Shown one piece after another: positions 37,317 through 48,670 of a stretch of 64,000 bases of DNA. The translations under genes were made by a program, and so were the position numbers. Under the pieces are notes generated by a model. It was given only the letters and a program-made list of their open reading frames with translations, searched no databases and was not told where the DNA came from. Source of the stretch: Nitrospirota bacterium (lineage in GTDB: Bacteria > Nitrospirota > JACRHJ01). The stretch covers positions 1 through 64,000 of the forward strand of contig CAWJRJ010000011.1 of NCBI GenBank assembly GCA_963845245.1, in the 5' to 3' direction. Numbering within the stretch: the first letter of the stretch is position 1; every line of letters begins with the position of its first letter.

Positions 37317-40300
37317 TTAGGCAGCCAGACGTTCATCGATTACATCGAGGAAGGCTTCAACTATTTCCGGGTCGAACTGAGTGCCTCCGCAACGCCTGAA
37401 CTCCGCAACGGCAAATTCGTAGCCCGGCGCCGGCCGATAAGGCCTGTCGGCGGTCATTGAGTCACACGAATCCGCTATGCAAAGTATTCGGGCAAGAAGC
37501 GGGATATCACTGCCCGAAAGACCAGCCGGGTAACCTTTACCGTCCCAGCGTTCATGATGGTAGCGGATCAGGGGTATGATGTCCTTGAACTGTTTTATGG
37601 GTTGCAGTATGTCAGCGCCCGCATCGGGGTGTTTTTTGACCAGCTCAAACTCTTCGTCGGTAAGTTTGTCGGGTTTATCGAGTATCACATCATAGGTCCC
37701 TATCTTCCCGATGTCATGGAGCAGGCCTGCGAGCTTCAGTTTGTCCTTTTCTTCCTGGGAAAGCCCCATCTGGTCGGCTATCATCAACGCAAAGTTAGTG
37801 ACACGCTCCGAGTGGCCCTTCGTCCAGGGGCTCTTGGCATCTATCGCGGAAGATAGCGCGGTAACGACGTTTATAAACATCTCCTCTACGTCCGAGAGCA
37901 GGCGTGCGTTTTCAAGCGCTATGCCTATCTGACAGGACAGCCTCTCTATAGTCGTTATGTCTTCGCGGGTGTAACCGGCGACACGGAAGCTGCCTACTTG
38001 AAGCAGGCCGACACCATTCCCTTTGCATATGATCGGGACAAACAAGTCAGACCTGATACCCCCGTCAAACAAGGCCTTGTCAAAATCACTCAAACAAGCC
38101 TCCCCGGCCAGGTTATTACGCACCATTGTCATACCGGTTTTGAGGGTAGCGGCGCCCGTACACTGCTCGAGCGTCATTAAATCGCCCTTCTTGCTGCCCA
38201 TACACCATCCATAGTGAAACCTGAGTGAACTGTTATCCTCATCCAGCAACAATACGCATGCTATGTCCGCCGGGACTACCCGCCTTAACTGCGAGACAGC
38301 GGCTGTCAACACCTCTTCCCGGTCGAGCGTGGACAACACCTTGGTGTCTATATCATACAGGACCTTCAGTGTTTCGAGCGACCTTGCCAGCTCTATGCTT
38401 TTGTTCTGGGTCTCCTGGTAAAGACGGCCGCTGTCGTGTGCTACGCCCAACTGCCTTGCAATCCCCTCTATAATTGCCAGGACCCTATGATCCGGCGGAA
38501 TACGGTCGAAGTTGACGCACAGAAAACCTACTGTCTTGTCTCTTGTAATTATCGGGGTCAATACCAGTTCACGGAGCATAAGTGCGTCTGTGAAATCTGC
38601 GAGTCCGAAACATTCCAATTCGTCACTTTTCAATACCATGGTCGATTTCGAAGTAAGCGCATCCTTGAAACAGATTATGTCTTCGACCGGGGCATTCAAG
38701 TCGTAAAACTGTTTAAGTCCGTCACCCGTAAGCCCTACGGAGCATTGCGGCAGAAGTATATCGTCGCTTGACAGCAGGAATATGAAGACGCTTTTGCTCG
38801 CTGTTAGCTCGTGCACCAACCCAGCCACATTGCCGGCAACCTCCTCCCACACCAGGTTTCTGCTGGCGACGTTGGCGGCCTCGAGGAGCGCACCCGTGAT
38901 CGCGGCCTCATTGCGAAGCGCGTCCTCCGACCTCTTGCGCTCGGTGATGTCTACTATGGATACCAGGACGCTGGAAAGAGTCTGCTCGCAGCCAGGTTTT
39001 ACCGAACAATACACCGTAACGTTACGTAGCAGGCCGCTCATTGTTTTAACAACAGCGTCGTTTACCATATCTGTTTCACCCTTCCACAAGGAGATCAATT
39101 CGCTCTGGAAGGCAAAAAAAGACTCTGGTGTAAATGTGTTGGGCAACCCCCTTAACAATTCCTCCTTGCTAGACGCCTCGTGCATCGACAATGCAGCACG
39201 GTTTACATTAATAACTTTGGCCAGTTCGGCACACCGGCGGACCACCTCTGGATGTTGCTGCAGATATGCCTCGATATCGCCGACCCCCTGATCCCTTAGG
39301 TCGTCGAATATGTTTTTAACGGCAGAAAAATCCTCCTCCCATATTGACACGGGCGAGTTTTCGAACACCAACCGGAATCGCTCTTCGCTTGATTTTAGCG
39401 CCTCCGCCGCCTCCTTGCGGTCTGTGATGTCGCGTACGATCCCCCTGTATGAAGTGATTATGCCTTTAGCATCTTTCACTGCGGTCAGGGAGGCACTTGC
39501 TATAAACTTATCGCCGTTTTTTTTCTTGAGAACTATCTCGTATTCAGCGCTTCCCTGAGCATTGACCATCGACAGTATTCGCTGTCTGTCCTGCGGGTCA
39601 GCATAGATATCCCGCGCAAGGTCAACGGCAAATATCTCCTCTTTCGTATCGTAACCAAACATCTTGACGCCTTTTTTGTTCATATCGAGGATATTTCCTC
39701 TAGGGGAGGTGATAAAGAGACCGTCGAAGGACTCCTCGAAGATAGTGCGGTATTTTTCCTCGCTTTCCTGCAATGCCTCCTCCGCCCTCTTCTTCAGCTT
39801 TTCCTGCTCGATGGACTTTAACGCAAATGAAATGTCCGCCGCCATCTCGTCCAGCAGCAGGACTTCATCCTCGCTGAAGAAACCAGGCTTCTGCGAATAT
39901 ACCACAATGGCTCCTATCGACTTGCCATCGCGCATCAACGGAAAGGACGCGCTTGATAGGTAACCGCGTTTTAGCGCTTCGGCACGCCATGGCAGCATAT
40001 CCGGATTATTCGCCGTATCATTGTTGATCTCGTGCAGCCCTTTACGAATGGAGGTGCCGGTCGGTCCCTCGCCTTCCGGTACATCGCCTACGGATATCCT
40101 GATATTTTTCAGGTATCCTTCCTCGCAGCCCGTATAGGCCACTGGCCTCACCGTTTGCGTATCTTCATCCAGCAGGCCCACCCATGCCATGACAAACCTG
40201 CCTTTATCGACGGCTATGCGGCATATATTCTCGAAAAGGGACTGCTGGTCTGTTTCCCTTATTATCAACTGGTTAACGGAACTTAGTACCGCATAGACCC

Positions 40301-40726
40301 TGTTGAGATCGTTGATCTTTCCCTCCGCCCATTTGCGTTCAGCCCTGTCCTCAGCCTCCTTTAGTGCACGGCGGATTGCAGGCGCGAGGCGCGAAAGTTT
40401 GTCTTTCAGCACATAATCCGTGGCGCCGCTTTTAAGGGACTCGACCGCAATGTCCTCACCCATCTTCCCGGACACGAATATGTAGGGAACGTCCGGACAG
40501 TACTCGAGTGCCATTTTCAATGCCGACATGCCGTCGAAGGTGGGTAGGGAATAGTCCGCAAGTATCAGGTCAAACCTGCGGTCTCCAAGCGCCGAGACAA
40601 AGTCGGCCCTGGTGTCCACACGCGTGATATCGCAGTGAACTGCCATCTGAATAGAGCCTGGCCTGAACCAGGTCGGCATCTGAGACGGTCGTCCTCAAGA
40701 TGGAGTATTTGGACCGGTCTTTCCAT
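37317..40726 (-). CDS. REC-GAF-PAS-PAS-GAF-GAF-HD-GYP phosphodiesterase (indels near the start)
   Basis: ATG 40726 'MERPVQILHLEDD', 'GHSERV', 'LHDIGK' and 'HHERWDGKGYP'. Confidence 0.9.
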
Positions 40727-40759
40727 AGACGCACCCTGTTAAACTATTCTTTTGACCGC

Positions 40760-42112
40760 TCAGGCGTCGCCCAATATTACATCCTCTTCGGTAAAATCCC
40801 TCAAGAACACGCCAGCGACCATGGGGTCGAACTGAACGGCTGAAAGGTCCCTGATCTCCTCGGCGGCCTCATGGAAACTCCGGGCCTTCTTATAACTGTG
40901 GCTGCTGGTCATCACGTCGAAGGCCTCGGCCAGGCTTATTATCCTGCCCCCAAGGTCAATATCCTCGCCCTTCAGCCCAGACGGGTAACCGCACCCGTCG
41001 TAGCGCTCATGGTGGTCGCGGATCATTGGGCCAACGTCCTTCCACTGGCTTATATTTTTGACCATATCCCAGCCCAGGGTCGAGTGTAGCTTGTACATCC
41101 CGTTGTCCTGGTTATTATGGAAAGCGTTGCATTTGATCAACCCTATATCGTGCAGTATTGCGCCAAAGTAAATATTCCTGACCTCCTCCTCCGTCAGCCC
41201 CAACCCTCTTGCAAGCTTGACCGCGTACTGAGCCACCCTCTTGGAGTGGCCTTTTTTGTGGGGCATGAAGTTATCTATGGCTGCCTGTATTATATCCACC
41301 AGGTGGACGAAGTCACCTTTTAGGTCGCTTATGGTTTTGCTCCTGTGGATTGCGGCGGCAGCGTGCCCGGCAAGAGAGCCAAGCGAGTTCAGGTCTTCCT
41401 CGCTAAAACCCGCACCCTTGCGCTTGTTTATCGCCTCTATGACACCCATGCACCTTCCGCCGAAGATAAGCGGAACGCAGATTATGGATTTAGTGATAAA
41501 ACCGCTTTCGTCGTCGAAGCGTTTTGAGAAACGCGGGTCTTTATTGACGTCGTTTTTTATTACCGGTTTTCCTTCCTTCGCCGACCATCCGGCTATACCC
41601 TCTCCGGATTTTATCGCTTTGCCCTTGAGCGCATGCACGGCTGGGCCTTCCACATATTCGAAACGCAAAGCCCCGGCGTCGTCGAATAAAAGAAGTGAAC
41701 TGGCCTCGGCGTCAAGCATATCCTTTGCGGCCGCGGCGACGGAGTCCACTAGAGTATCGACATACCCTTCCTCCTCAAAACGTCTTGTATTGGACAGCAG
41801 TCTTCCCATGTTGGAGTTTATGCCCTGAAGGGCTTCGCCACTGTCTTTTATAAGCTTGGAGATAACGTATAGTCCCAGAAGCGAGACTATTATTGCAAAT
41901 GTGAGCATCGCAGTAATTGAAAGGCCGCTTTCCTCCTTGCCGTTTCCCACAAACATTGGAAAAATGTATTCTACATAAAGGTAGGTGATCAGGAGGAGGG
42001 GCACTATGTATATGCCCAGCATCGCAAGCGTCAACTTTTTGAGCATGCCTATAATACCGGCACTTCTTTTTTCAGGTTTGACGTCCGGCCCCTGTTTAAG
42101 CCACTTCATCAT
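40760..42112 (-). CDS. Membrane-anchored GAF-HD-GYP protein
   Basis: Two TM helices, GAF 'GEGIAGW...DPRF', 'LHDIG' and 'HHERYDGCGYP'. Confidence 0.88.
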   Translation of the reverse strand: MMKWLKQGPDVKPEKRSAGIIGMLKKLTLAMLGIYIVPLLLITYLYVEYIFPMFVGNGKEESGLSITAMLTFAIIVSLLGLYVISKLIKDSGEALQGINSNMGRLLSNTRRFEEEGYVDTLVDSVAAAAKDMLDAEASSLLLFDDAGALRFEYVEGPAVHALKGKAIKSGEGIAGWSAKEGKPVIKNDVNKDPRFSKRFDDESGFITKSIICVPLIFGGRCMGVIEAINKRKGAGFSEEDLNSLGSLAGHAAAAIHRSKTISDLKGDFVHLVDIIQAAIDNFMPHKKGHSKRVAQYAVKLARGLGLTEEEVRNIYFGAILHDIGLIKCNAFHNNQDNGMYKLHSTLGWDMVKNISQWKDVGPMIRDHHERYDGCGYPSGLKGEDIDLGGRIISLAEAFDVMTSSHSYKKARSFHEAAEEIRDLSAVQFDPMVAGVFLRDFTEEDVILGDA

Positions 42113-42281
42113 GGCAGACCCCTTTCATGTGGTTTCCGGTGGCGGGCATATATTACAAATATTATACCTCATATATTCATATTTAACCTGGCCAGGCGCT
42201 ATAATTATCAGAGACTCTGGCAATTAATGCAATATACGCTTAGAGCGGTCCAACCTGGCTGCAAGAACTTGCTTTATCGGC

Positions 42282-43193
42282 CTACCTTTCGTGTTTAATG
42301 AATGTACCGTTGTTAAACTCCTCAAAAGCGATACGCAACTCTTCGCGTGTGTTCATCACGATTGGCCCGTACCATGCCACGGGTTCTCCTATCGGCCTGC
42401 CGGATGCCAGAAGGAACCGCACAGGGCTGTCCGCAGTCTCTATCACCAATTCGTCCCCGTCCTCGAAAAGCACCAGGTTTTCCTGCCCTACAAGGCAATC
42501 TCTTTTAAAATCAAAATAATTGGCGCCAACGACGTCCAGGTCATACGAGTCGCGCCTTTGGTCAAAATATGCCTTGCCATCGATTACATACGCAAAGGCG
42601 TTGTACCCCCGCCTGACGACGTGCCTGAACACAATATTTGCCGGCATGGATACATCCAGATATTCCGGGTCTGTGACGATGTCCGTCACCGGGCCAGCCG
42701 TGCCGTTGACCTTCCCGCAGATGACTCTGACGCTCACCCCGGAACCCAGCGCAACCTCGGGGATCTGTCCGCTCTTTACATCCCGGTAGCGCGGGTCCAT
42801 CATTTTATGAGAGGCGGGCAGGTTGGCCCAGAGCTGGAATCCCCCCATCATGCCATCCCCGCGCCCTTTCGGCATCTCCTGGTGTATAATGCCGCTGCCA
42901 GCGGTCATCCACTGCACATCCCCGGAGGAGATAATACCACTGTTCCCCATGCTGTCGCCGTGTTCGACGCTGCCCTGTATGACATAGGTTATGGTCTCTA
43001 TTCCCCGGTGCGGATGCCATGGAAATCCCATTAGATACTCCTGCGGGTTGCTTGAGCGGAAATCGTCCAGCAGCAGGAACGGGTCGAGCTGCGGCACCTG
43101 ATAATATCCGAAGGCCCTCTTCAGATGCACGCCAGCGCCCTCTATGGTCGGCTTGCTCTTCATGATCTTCTTGATTTTTCTGACGGTTTCCAT
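42282..43193 (-). CDS. Pirin family protein
   Basis: 'DPFLLLDDF', 'HPHRGIETITY', 'WMTAGSGIIHQE' and 'GPIVMN'. Confidence 0.95.
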   Translation of the reverse strand: METVRKIKKIMKSKPTIEGAGVHLKRAFGYYQVPQLDPFLLLDDFRSSNPQEYLMGFPWHPHRGIETITYVIQGSVEHGDSMGNSGIISSGDVQWMTAGSGIIHQEMPKGRGDGMMGGFQLWANLPASHKMMDPRYRDVKSGQIPEVALGSGVSVRVICGKVNGTAGPVTDIVTDPEYLDVSMPANIVFRHVVRRGYNAFAYVIDGKAYFDQRRDSYDLDVVGANYFDFKRDCLVGQENLVLFEDGDELVIETADSPVRFLLASGRPIGEPVAWYGPIVMNTREELRIAFEEFNNGTFIKHER

Positions 43194-43383
43194 GGATGGC
43201 CCTCCGTTAGCGGCTTTTAAGTTTTATCTGACTATTTAACTATTATACCAAATTCAACTTTTGCCAGGACCGATTGCCACCCGTCCCTGCGGGACTCACC
43301 CGCAATGTTTTAAATATAGGTTATAATGTATATTAAGATATGCTGGTCTCAAAGGAGAGGCTTGTTATTATAGGAGGCATAAG

Positions 43384-43770
43384 ATGAAGTACTTGGTTCT
43401 GCTGGGAAGAATACTCTATTCGGCTATTTTTCTGATGTCTGCTCCAGGCCATTTCACTGAAAAGACGATCGGATATGCAGCAAGTCACGGGGTGCCTCTG
43501 GCCTCTCTCGCCGTTCCCCTTTCAGGGGCGATAGTCTTTGTTGGGGCCTTGAGCATACTTTTAGGTTACAAGGCCAGATACGGCGCCTGGCTGGTAGTGC
43601 TCTTTCTGGTACCAGTCACGCTTTCCATGCACAATTTCTGGGCGGTTGCCGACCCGACGGCGGCGGGCATTCAGCAGATCATGTTCATGAAGAACCTGTC
43701 CATGCTGGGTGCGGCCCTTATGATCGCACATTTCGGGTCAGGGCCGTTTAGCCTGGACAAAGGAAAATAA
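43384..43770 (+). CDS. DoxX family membrane protein
   Basis: 'LLGRIL', 'HNFW' and 'FMKNLSMLGA...GPFSLD'. Confidence 0.92.
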   Translation: MKYLVLLGRILYSAIFLMSAPGHFTEKTIGYAASHGVPLASLAVPLSGAIVFVGALSILLGYKARYGAWLVVLFLVPVTLSMHNFWAVADPTAAGIQQIMFMKNLSMLGAALMIAHFGSGPFSLDKGK

Positions 43771-43782
43771 AGGATTATCGCC

Positions 43783-44574
43783 ATGCGACATTTGACATTG
43801 ACCTTAATATGCTCTGTTTTGGCGCTCTTTGCCGGATTGAATACAGCCAGCGCAGGGATACGCACCCAGGACGTGGAATACACGCAGGGGGGCATAACCC
43901 TCGTAGGTTACCTTGCATACGACGACAAGATCAAGGGGAAACGCCCGGGCGTGCTTGTGGTACACGAGTGGACTGGTCTGGGGCCTTACGTGAAAAAACG
44001 TTGCGAGGAACTCGCCAAGCTTGGCTATGTGGCCTTTGGTGCAGACATATACGGCAAGGGCGTCAGGCCAGCTACTCATGAAGAGGCGGGTAAGGTATCC
44101 GGCATGTACATAAAGGACAGAGCCCTGATGCGGGCTCGCGTAAAGGCCGGGCTTGCAGAGCTTTTAAAAAACGATATGGTAGACCCTGCACGGGTAGCCG
44201 CCATAGGCTACTGTTTCGGGGGCGCGGCCGTCCTTGAGCTTGCGCGGAGCGGGGCCGACATAGCGGGCGTGGTGACCTTCCACGGGATGCTTGCAAACCC
44301 GGACCCGGCAAACGCCAGGAACATCAAGGCAAAGGTGCTTGTACAGCAGGGAGCTGACGACCCGTTCGTCGACCAGAAGCAGGTGGACGCCTTCATCGAC
44401 GAGATGCGAAAAACAAAGACCGACTGGCGGATGATTATATACGGCGGGGCAGTGCACAGCTTCACGGTACCTGACGCCGGAAACGACCCGTCAAAAGGCA
44501 TGGCCTACAACGAGTCCGCCGACAGTCGCTCCTGGCAGGCGATGATGGACTTCTTCGGGGAGATATTCAAATAA
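43783..44574 (+). CDS. Dienelactone hydrolase family protein (secreted)
   Basis: 'VVHEWTG', 'GYCFGG', 'GADDP' and 'AVHSFT'. Confidence 0.92.
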   Translation: MRHLTLTLICSVLALFAGLNTASAGIRTQDVEYTQGGITLVGYLAYDDKIKGKRPGVLVVHEWTGLGPYVKKRCEELAKLGYVAFGADIYGKGVRPATHEEAGKVSGMYIKDRALMRARVKAGLAELLKNDMVDPARVAAIGYCFGGAAVLELARSGADIAGVVTFHGMLANPDPANARNIKAKVLVQQGADDPFVDQKQVDAFIDEMRKTKTDWRMIIYGGAVHSFTVPDAGNDPSKGMAYNESADSRSWQAMMDFFGEIFK

Positions 44575-44619
44575 CTAGTGACGCGAGTCTTGACTCTTTT
44601 GTAGCGGAAAGGCTGCTAA

Positions 44620-45336
44620 TCAGGCCTGGTGCAACACCTGGTTGCCAACAAACTCGTCGATATAACCTAGGGCTTCCGTAGCTATGTCTATAAACTCTAG
44701 CCCTTCATTTGCAATTACACCGTAAAGGTTCTTGCGCCATGCCACCCTTGCCAGGCATCTCACGGACTTGCCCGTCTCCGGCAGGGTAAACTCCGCGCGG
44801 ACAACGGAGCCCGCACGTGATTTTTTTGCGGTTTGCACCAGCAAACCAGACCGGCTGATATCCAGGATGACACCCTTGGAATGTCCGTGGCCGTCGGCAA
44901 TCACTATCGGGAGATACGGGGCCGAGACCCTCTGCCCTACCCTTATTTTACGCCCGGGCTGCGGAGATAACTGGTTGTGGACATAACCGTCGATCCCCTC
45001 CGCGGTGGCGGAATCAATATCGTCAAACTTGATTCCCATGCGCGAATGGATTTTATACACGTTCCTGCTCCAAACCACCCTGGAACGGCAGTCCACAGAC
45101 GTTTCGGTGCTCGGCAGCACGAAATTCGTTTTTATGACAGACTGCTCGTTCAAAGGTTTGGGTGCTTGTATCATTGCGCCCGAACGGCTTATGTTCAACA
45201 TAACGCAGGGTAGCGGTTCAGGCTCATCCCCGACTCTTACAGGTATCAGAGATACAGGGACACGTGGGTTGGACCTCTTATCGCCGCCCGTTTGATTTAC
45301 AGTATTTCCGTCAAGCCCTTTATTAATTTCCATCAC
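44620..45336 (-). CDS. Tandem PilZ-domain protein
   Basis: 'RSNPR...NISRSG' and 'RVGQR...DISRSG'. Confidence 0.88.
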   Translation of the reverse strand: MMEINKGLDGNTVNQTGGDKRSNPRVPVSLIPVRVGDEPEPLPCVMLNISRSGAMIQAPKPLNEQSVIKTNFVLPSTETSVDCRSRVVWSRNVYKIHSRMGIKFDDIDSATAEGIDGYVHNQLSPQPGRKIRVGQRVSAPYLPIVIADGHGHSKGVILDISRSGLLVQTAKKSRAGSVVRAEFTLPETGKSVRCLARVAWRKNLYGVIANEGLEFIDIATEALGYIDEFVGNQVLHQA

Positions 45337-45446
45337 TGCACATCCTAATTATTATTACGCGCTTAAGGCATGCGGATAACCGGTTCCACACCCGTTTTGC
45401 AGGCCCTTGAGCGCGACAGTTAATTATCAATAAACCCAGGCCGTTG

Positions 45447-48210
45447 TCAAGTTTTTTTCTGTACTACGGAAACGGGTATGAACATTTTGAACGTGCTACC
45501 CTTTCCTGCCTCGCTCTCCAGTTCTACCCTGCCGCCATGCGCCTCGGCTGCAGCTTTGACTATGGCCAGGCCCAAGCCCGTCCCCTTTTTCCCGGACATG
45601 GCGGTGGAGCGGTAGTATTTATCGAATATTTTCCCTCGCTCCTCGGGCATTATACCGGGACCGGTATCGGTTACCGAGACCACTACGTAACCGACTCCTC
45701 CGGATGGTGCAGACTCGGCCTTGAGCGTTATTTCCCCGCCCGAAGGCGTATAGTTTATGGCGTTCTGTAGCAGGTTGGTCACGGCACGACTTACAACCCG
45801 ATGGTCTGCCATTACCAACGGCAGACTTACAGCAACCTCCTCGACCAACGACAGCCCCTTTTCGTGCGCAGCGTTTTCAAGGCCTTTACTCACCCTCTTC
45901 ATTATATCGGATATATCGATCGGGGCAAGGTTGAGATTGAGCATCCCCGACTCTATCCTTGAAAGCGCGAGAAAATCATCAGACATCTGAAGGAGGTTTA
46001 CGCCGGAGTCTTGAATATCAGCCACCATCTCCACAATCTCTGTGTCCAGGCTGTTCGCTCTTACCGTAAGGATGTAATCCGTATAGCCCATAATAGCGGT
46101 TAGCGGGGACTTGAAGTCGTGGGTGATCATCGCATAGAAGTCGGCCTTCTGGCGTTCCAGTTCCTTCCTCTCCGTTACGTCTCTGATTATGGCGCTTATC
46201 TTCCCTTCTCCTTTTTCGTCCCTGAATATCATGGACGACATCTCGCCTTCAAAGGACGTGCCGTCCTTCCTCAGGAACCCGCATTCTCCGACCACATATC
46301 CCTTTTCAGTTCGCTCGCGTACGAGGGCTTGGAAACGTCCGTCCTTTTTATCTGATAATCAGATTATTGTCGAGCCCCAGCATCTCTTTGCGCCCGTAAC
46401 CGAACATGCGGCTGGCGGCGTTGTTCGCGTCCAATATTCGTTCCTCTACAGATACGAGAAAAACTGCGTCGTTGCTATTGTCGAATAATGAATGGTATTG
46501 TTCCTCGCTTGCCCGGAGCGCTTCTTCGGCCCGCTTGCGCTCGGTGATGTCATGGGCCACATGCACGGACCCCAGGAACTCTCCGTCCGCGTCGAACATC
46601 GGAGTAGTGCTGACAATGAAATGCCCCCCCAGTCGAGATTCGCTGACCTCTTGGATATGCTGCCGTCCGTCCGCAATCGTCCTTGCGTGCGGGCAGAATT
46701 CTGGTGGCATACATGTGCCATGCACGCCCTCGAAGCAGTGCGTTCCAATGCAGTCATCGGGGCTCAGGGCCAGCCGGCTCGCCATCGCCTCGTTGACCCG
46801 CAGTATTCGGTGGTCCTTGTCTATAAGTGCAATGAGGTCCGGTACTGTGTCAAACGTCCGTTCCCATTCAGTCTTGGCGCGTATAATCTCTTCCTCGGCC
46901 TGCTTTCGTTCGGATATATCAAGAAGGCTGCCGATGATACACGGTTTCCCCTGATACAGGGTATACGAACTGAGTACCTCGACGAATACGACACCCCCGT
47001 CCTTTTTGAGCATGCGAAACTCGGAATGCAGGTCTTTGACTTCATCTTCTATACGCCTGCGAATATTTTCCCGGACCATTGCCCTGTCATCTGGATGGAC
47101 CAACTCGACAGCATCTCCCCCCAGGACTTCTTCCCTTGCGTAGCCGAGTATCCCGGCCAGCCTCTCGTTAACATAAACGAACCGGTTATCCTGCATGATA
47201 TAAACGCCTACAAGGGATTCCTCGACAAGGCTCTGGAGTTTCTCGCCAAGCTCGTGCGACTCCGACTCCGCCCGCTTCCGCAGTTCCTCCTGCTCCATCG
47301 ACCTGACGGCATGTGATATATCGGCGGCCAATGCATCCAGCAGCTGGACCTCGCCTTCGTCAAAGAAGTACTGCTCACCCCCATACACGGTCAATGCGCC
47401 GATTGCCTTGCCGTCCTGCATAAGAGGAAATGCCGCGCTTGAGAGATATCCTCGCCTGAGGGCGTCTTCACGCCACGGCTGCATCGAAGGGTTGGTACAG
47501 GTATCGTTGTTGATGAAATGCAGCCCTGTACGGACAGCCGCGCCAGTCGGCCCTTCGCCCTCCGGTACAGGGTCTATGGATATTTTAACGCAGTCCAGGT
47601 AGCCATCTTCACAGCCCGAGTATGCGGCGGGACTTACGGTCCTCGTGCCTTCGTCTACAAGCCCTATCCACGCCATCCGGAACAACCCTTCCTCCACCAG
47701 GATCCGGCATGCGCCCTCGAAAAGCTCCTGCCGGTCAGATGTTCTGATTATGAGATGGTTTACCGCACTCAAGACGGCGTAGACCCGGTTGAGTCTTCTG
47801 ACGTTTTCTTCCGCATGCCTGCGCTCCGCGCGGTCTTCTGCCTCCTTTAGGGCGCGGCGTATCGCGGGAGCCAGACGCGAGAGCCTGTCCTTCAGGACAT
47901 AATCAGTGGCGCCACTCTTCAGGGCCTCGACCGCTATATCCTCACCCATCTGGCCTGATATGAATATGTACGGCAGCTCAGGACACTTCTCGCGCGCTAT
48001 CATCAACGCAGATATGCCATCGAACGACGGGAGGGAATAGTCCGCGAGTATCAGGTCGAACGGGCAGCCTTCGAGGGCCGAGATGAAGCCGCCCCTGGTG
48101 TCGACACGCATGATTTCGCAGTCAAACCCGTCGGATTCGAGCCTGGCCTGTACAAGTTCGGCGGCCAGCAAGTCGTCTTCGAGGTGCAGTATTTTAAGCG
48201 GGCTTCCCAT
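45447..48210 (-). CDS. REC-GAF-3xPAS histidine kinase (frameshift near 46350)
   Basis: REC and GAF paralogous to the 40726 gene, 'MITHDFKSP', 'NLLQNAINY' and 'GTGLGL'. Confidence 0.88.
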
Positions 48211-48214
48211 AGAT

Positions 48215-48670
48215 CTATTTTTCTTTCCTCAGGCTCCCCACCGGCGGCTCGTTCAGTATGGCCCAGAAGGCGCCGAGGTGCTTGATGGCATCCACGAAAT
48301 CCTTGAAATCCACCGGCTTTACGACGTAGGCATTGGTGCCGAGCCTGTAGCTCTCGACTAGGTCCTTCTCCTCGTGCGATGAGGTCAGGACCACCACGGG
48401 TATGGCCTTCAGGTTGTCGTCCGTCTTCACCTGCTTTAAGACCTCAAGCCCGTCCACCTTGGGCATCTTGAGGTCGAGCAGGATGACCGCCGGGTTCCCC
48501 TCCGAGCGCAGTTTGTAGTCGCCCCGCCTGTATAGATAGTCGAGCGCCTCGGCACCGTCGCGTGCCACTACCACCTCGTTGGCCAGGTTGTATTCCGAGA
48601 GGGCCTCCAGGGTCATCTCAATGTCGTTTGGGTTGTCCTCTGCCAGCAGTATCCTCTTAAGCTCTTTCAT
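48215..48670 (-). CDS. Single-domain response regulator (Rcp-like)
   Basis: 'ILLAEDNPND', 'LLDLKMPKVDG' and 'AYVVKP'. GGAG RBS before ATG 48670. Confidence 0.9.
   Translation of the reverse strand: MKELKRILLAEDNPNDIEMTLEALSEYNLANEVVVARDGAEALDYLYRRGDYKLRSEGNPAVILLDLKMPKVDGLEVLKQVKTDDNLKAIPVVVLTSSHEEKDLVESYRLGTNAYVVKPVDFKDFVDAIKHLGAFWAILNEPPVGSLRKEK

Noticed and set aside
43272..43307. Hairpin GATTGCCAC...CGCAATG upstream of doxX as a regulatory RNA
   Set aside because: It resembles a single degenerate REP half-element; nothing else supports a function.
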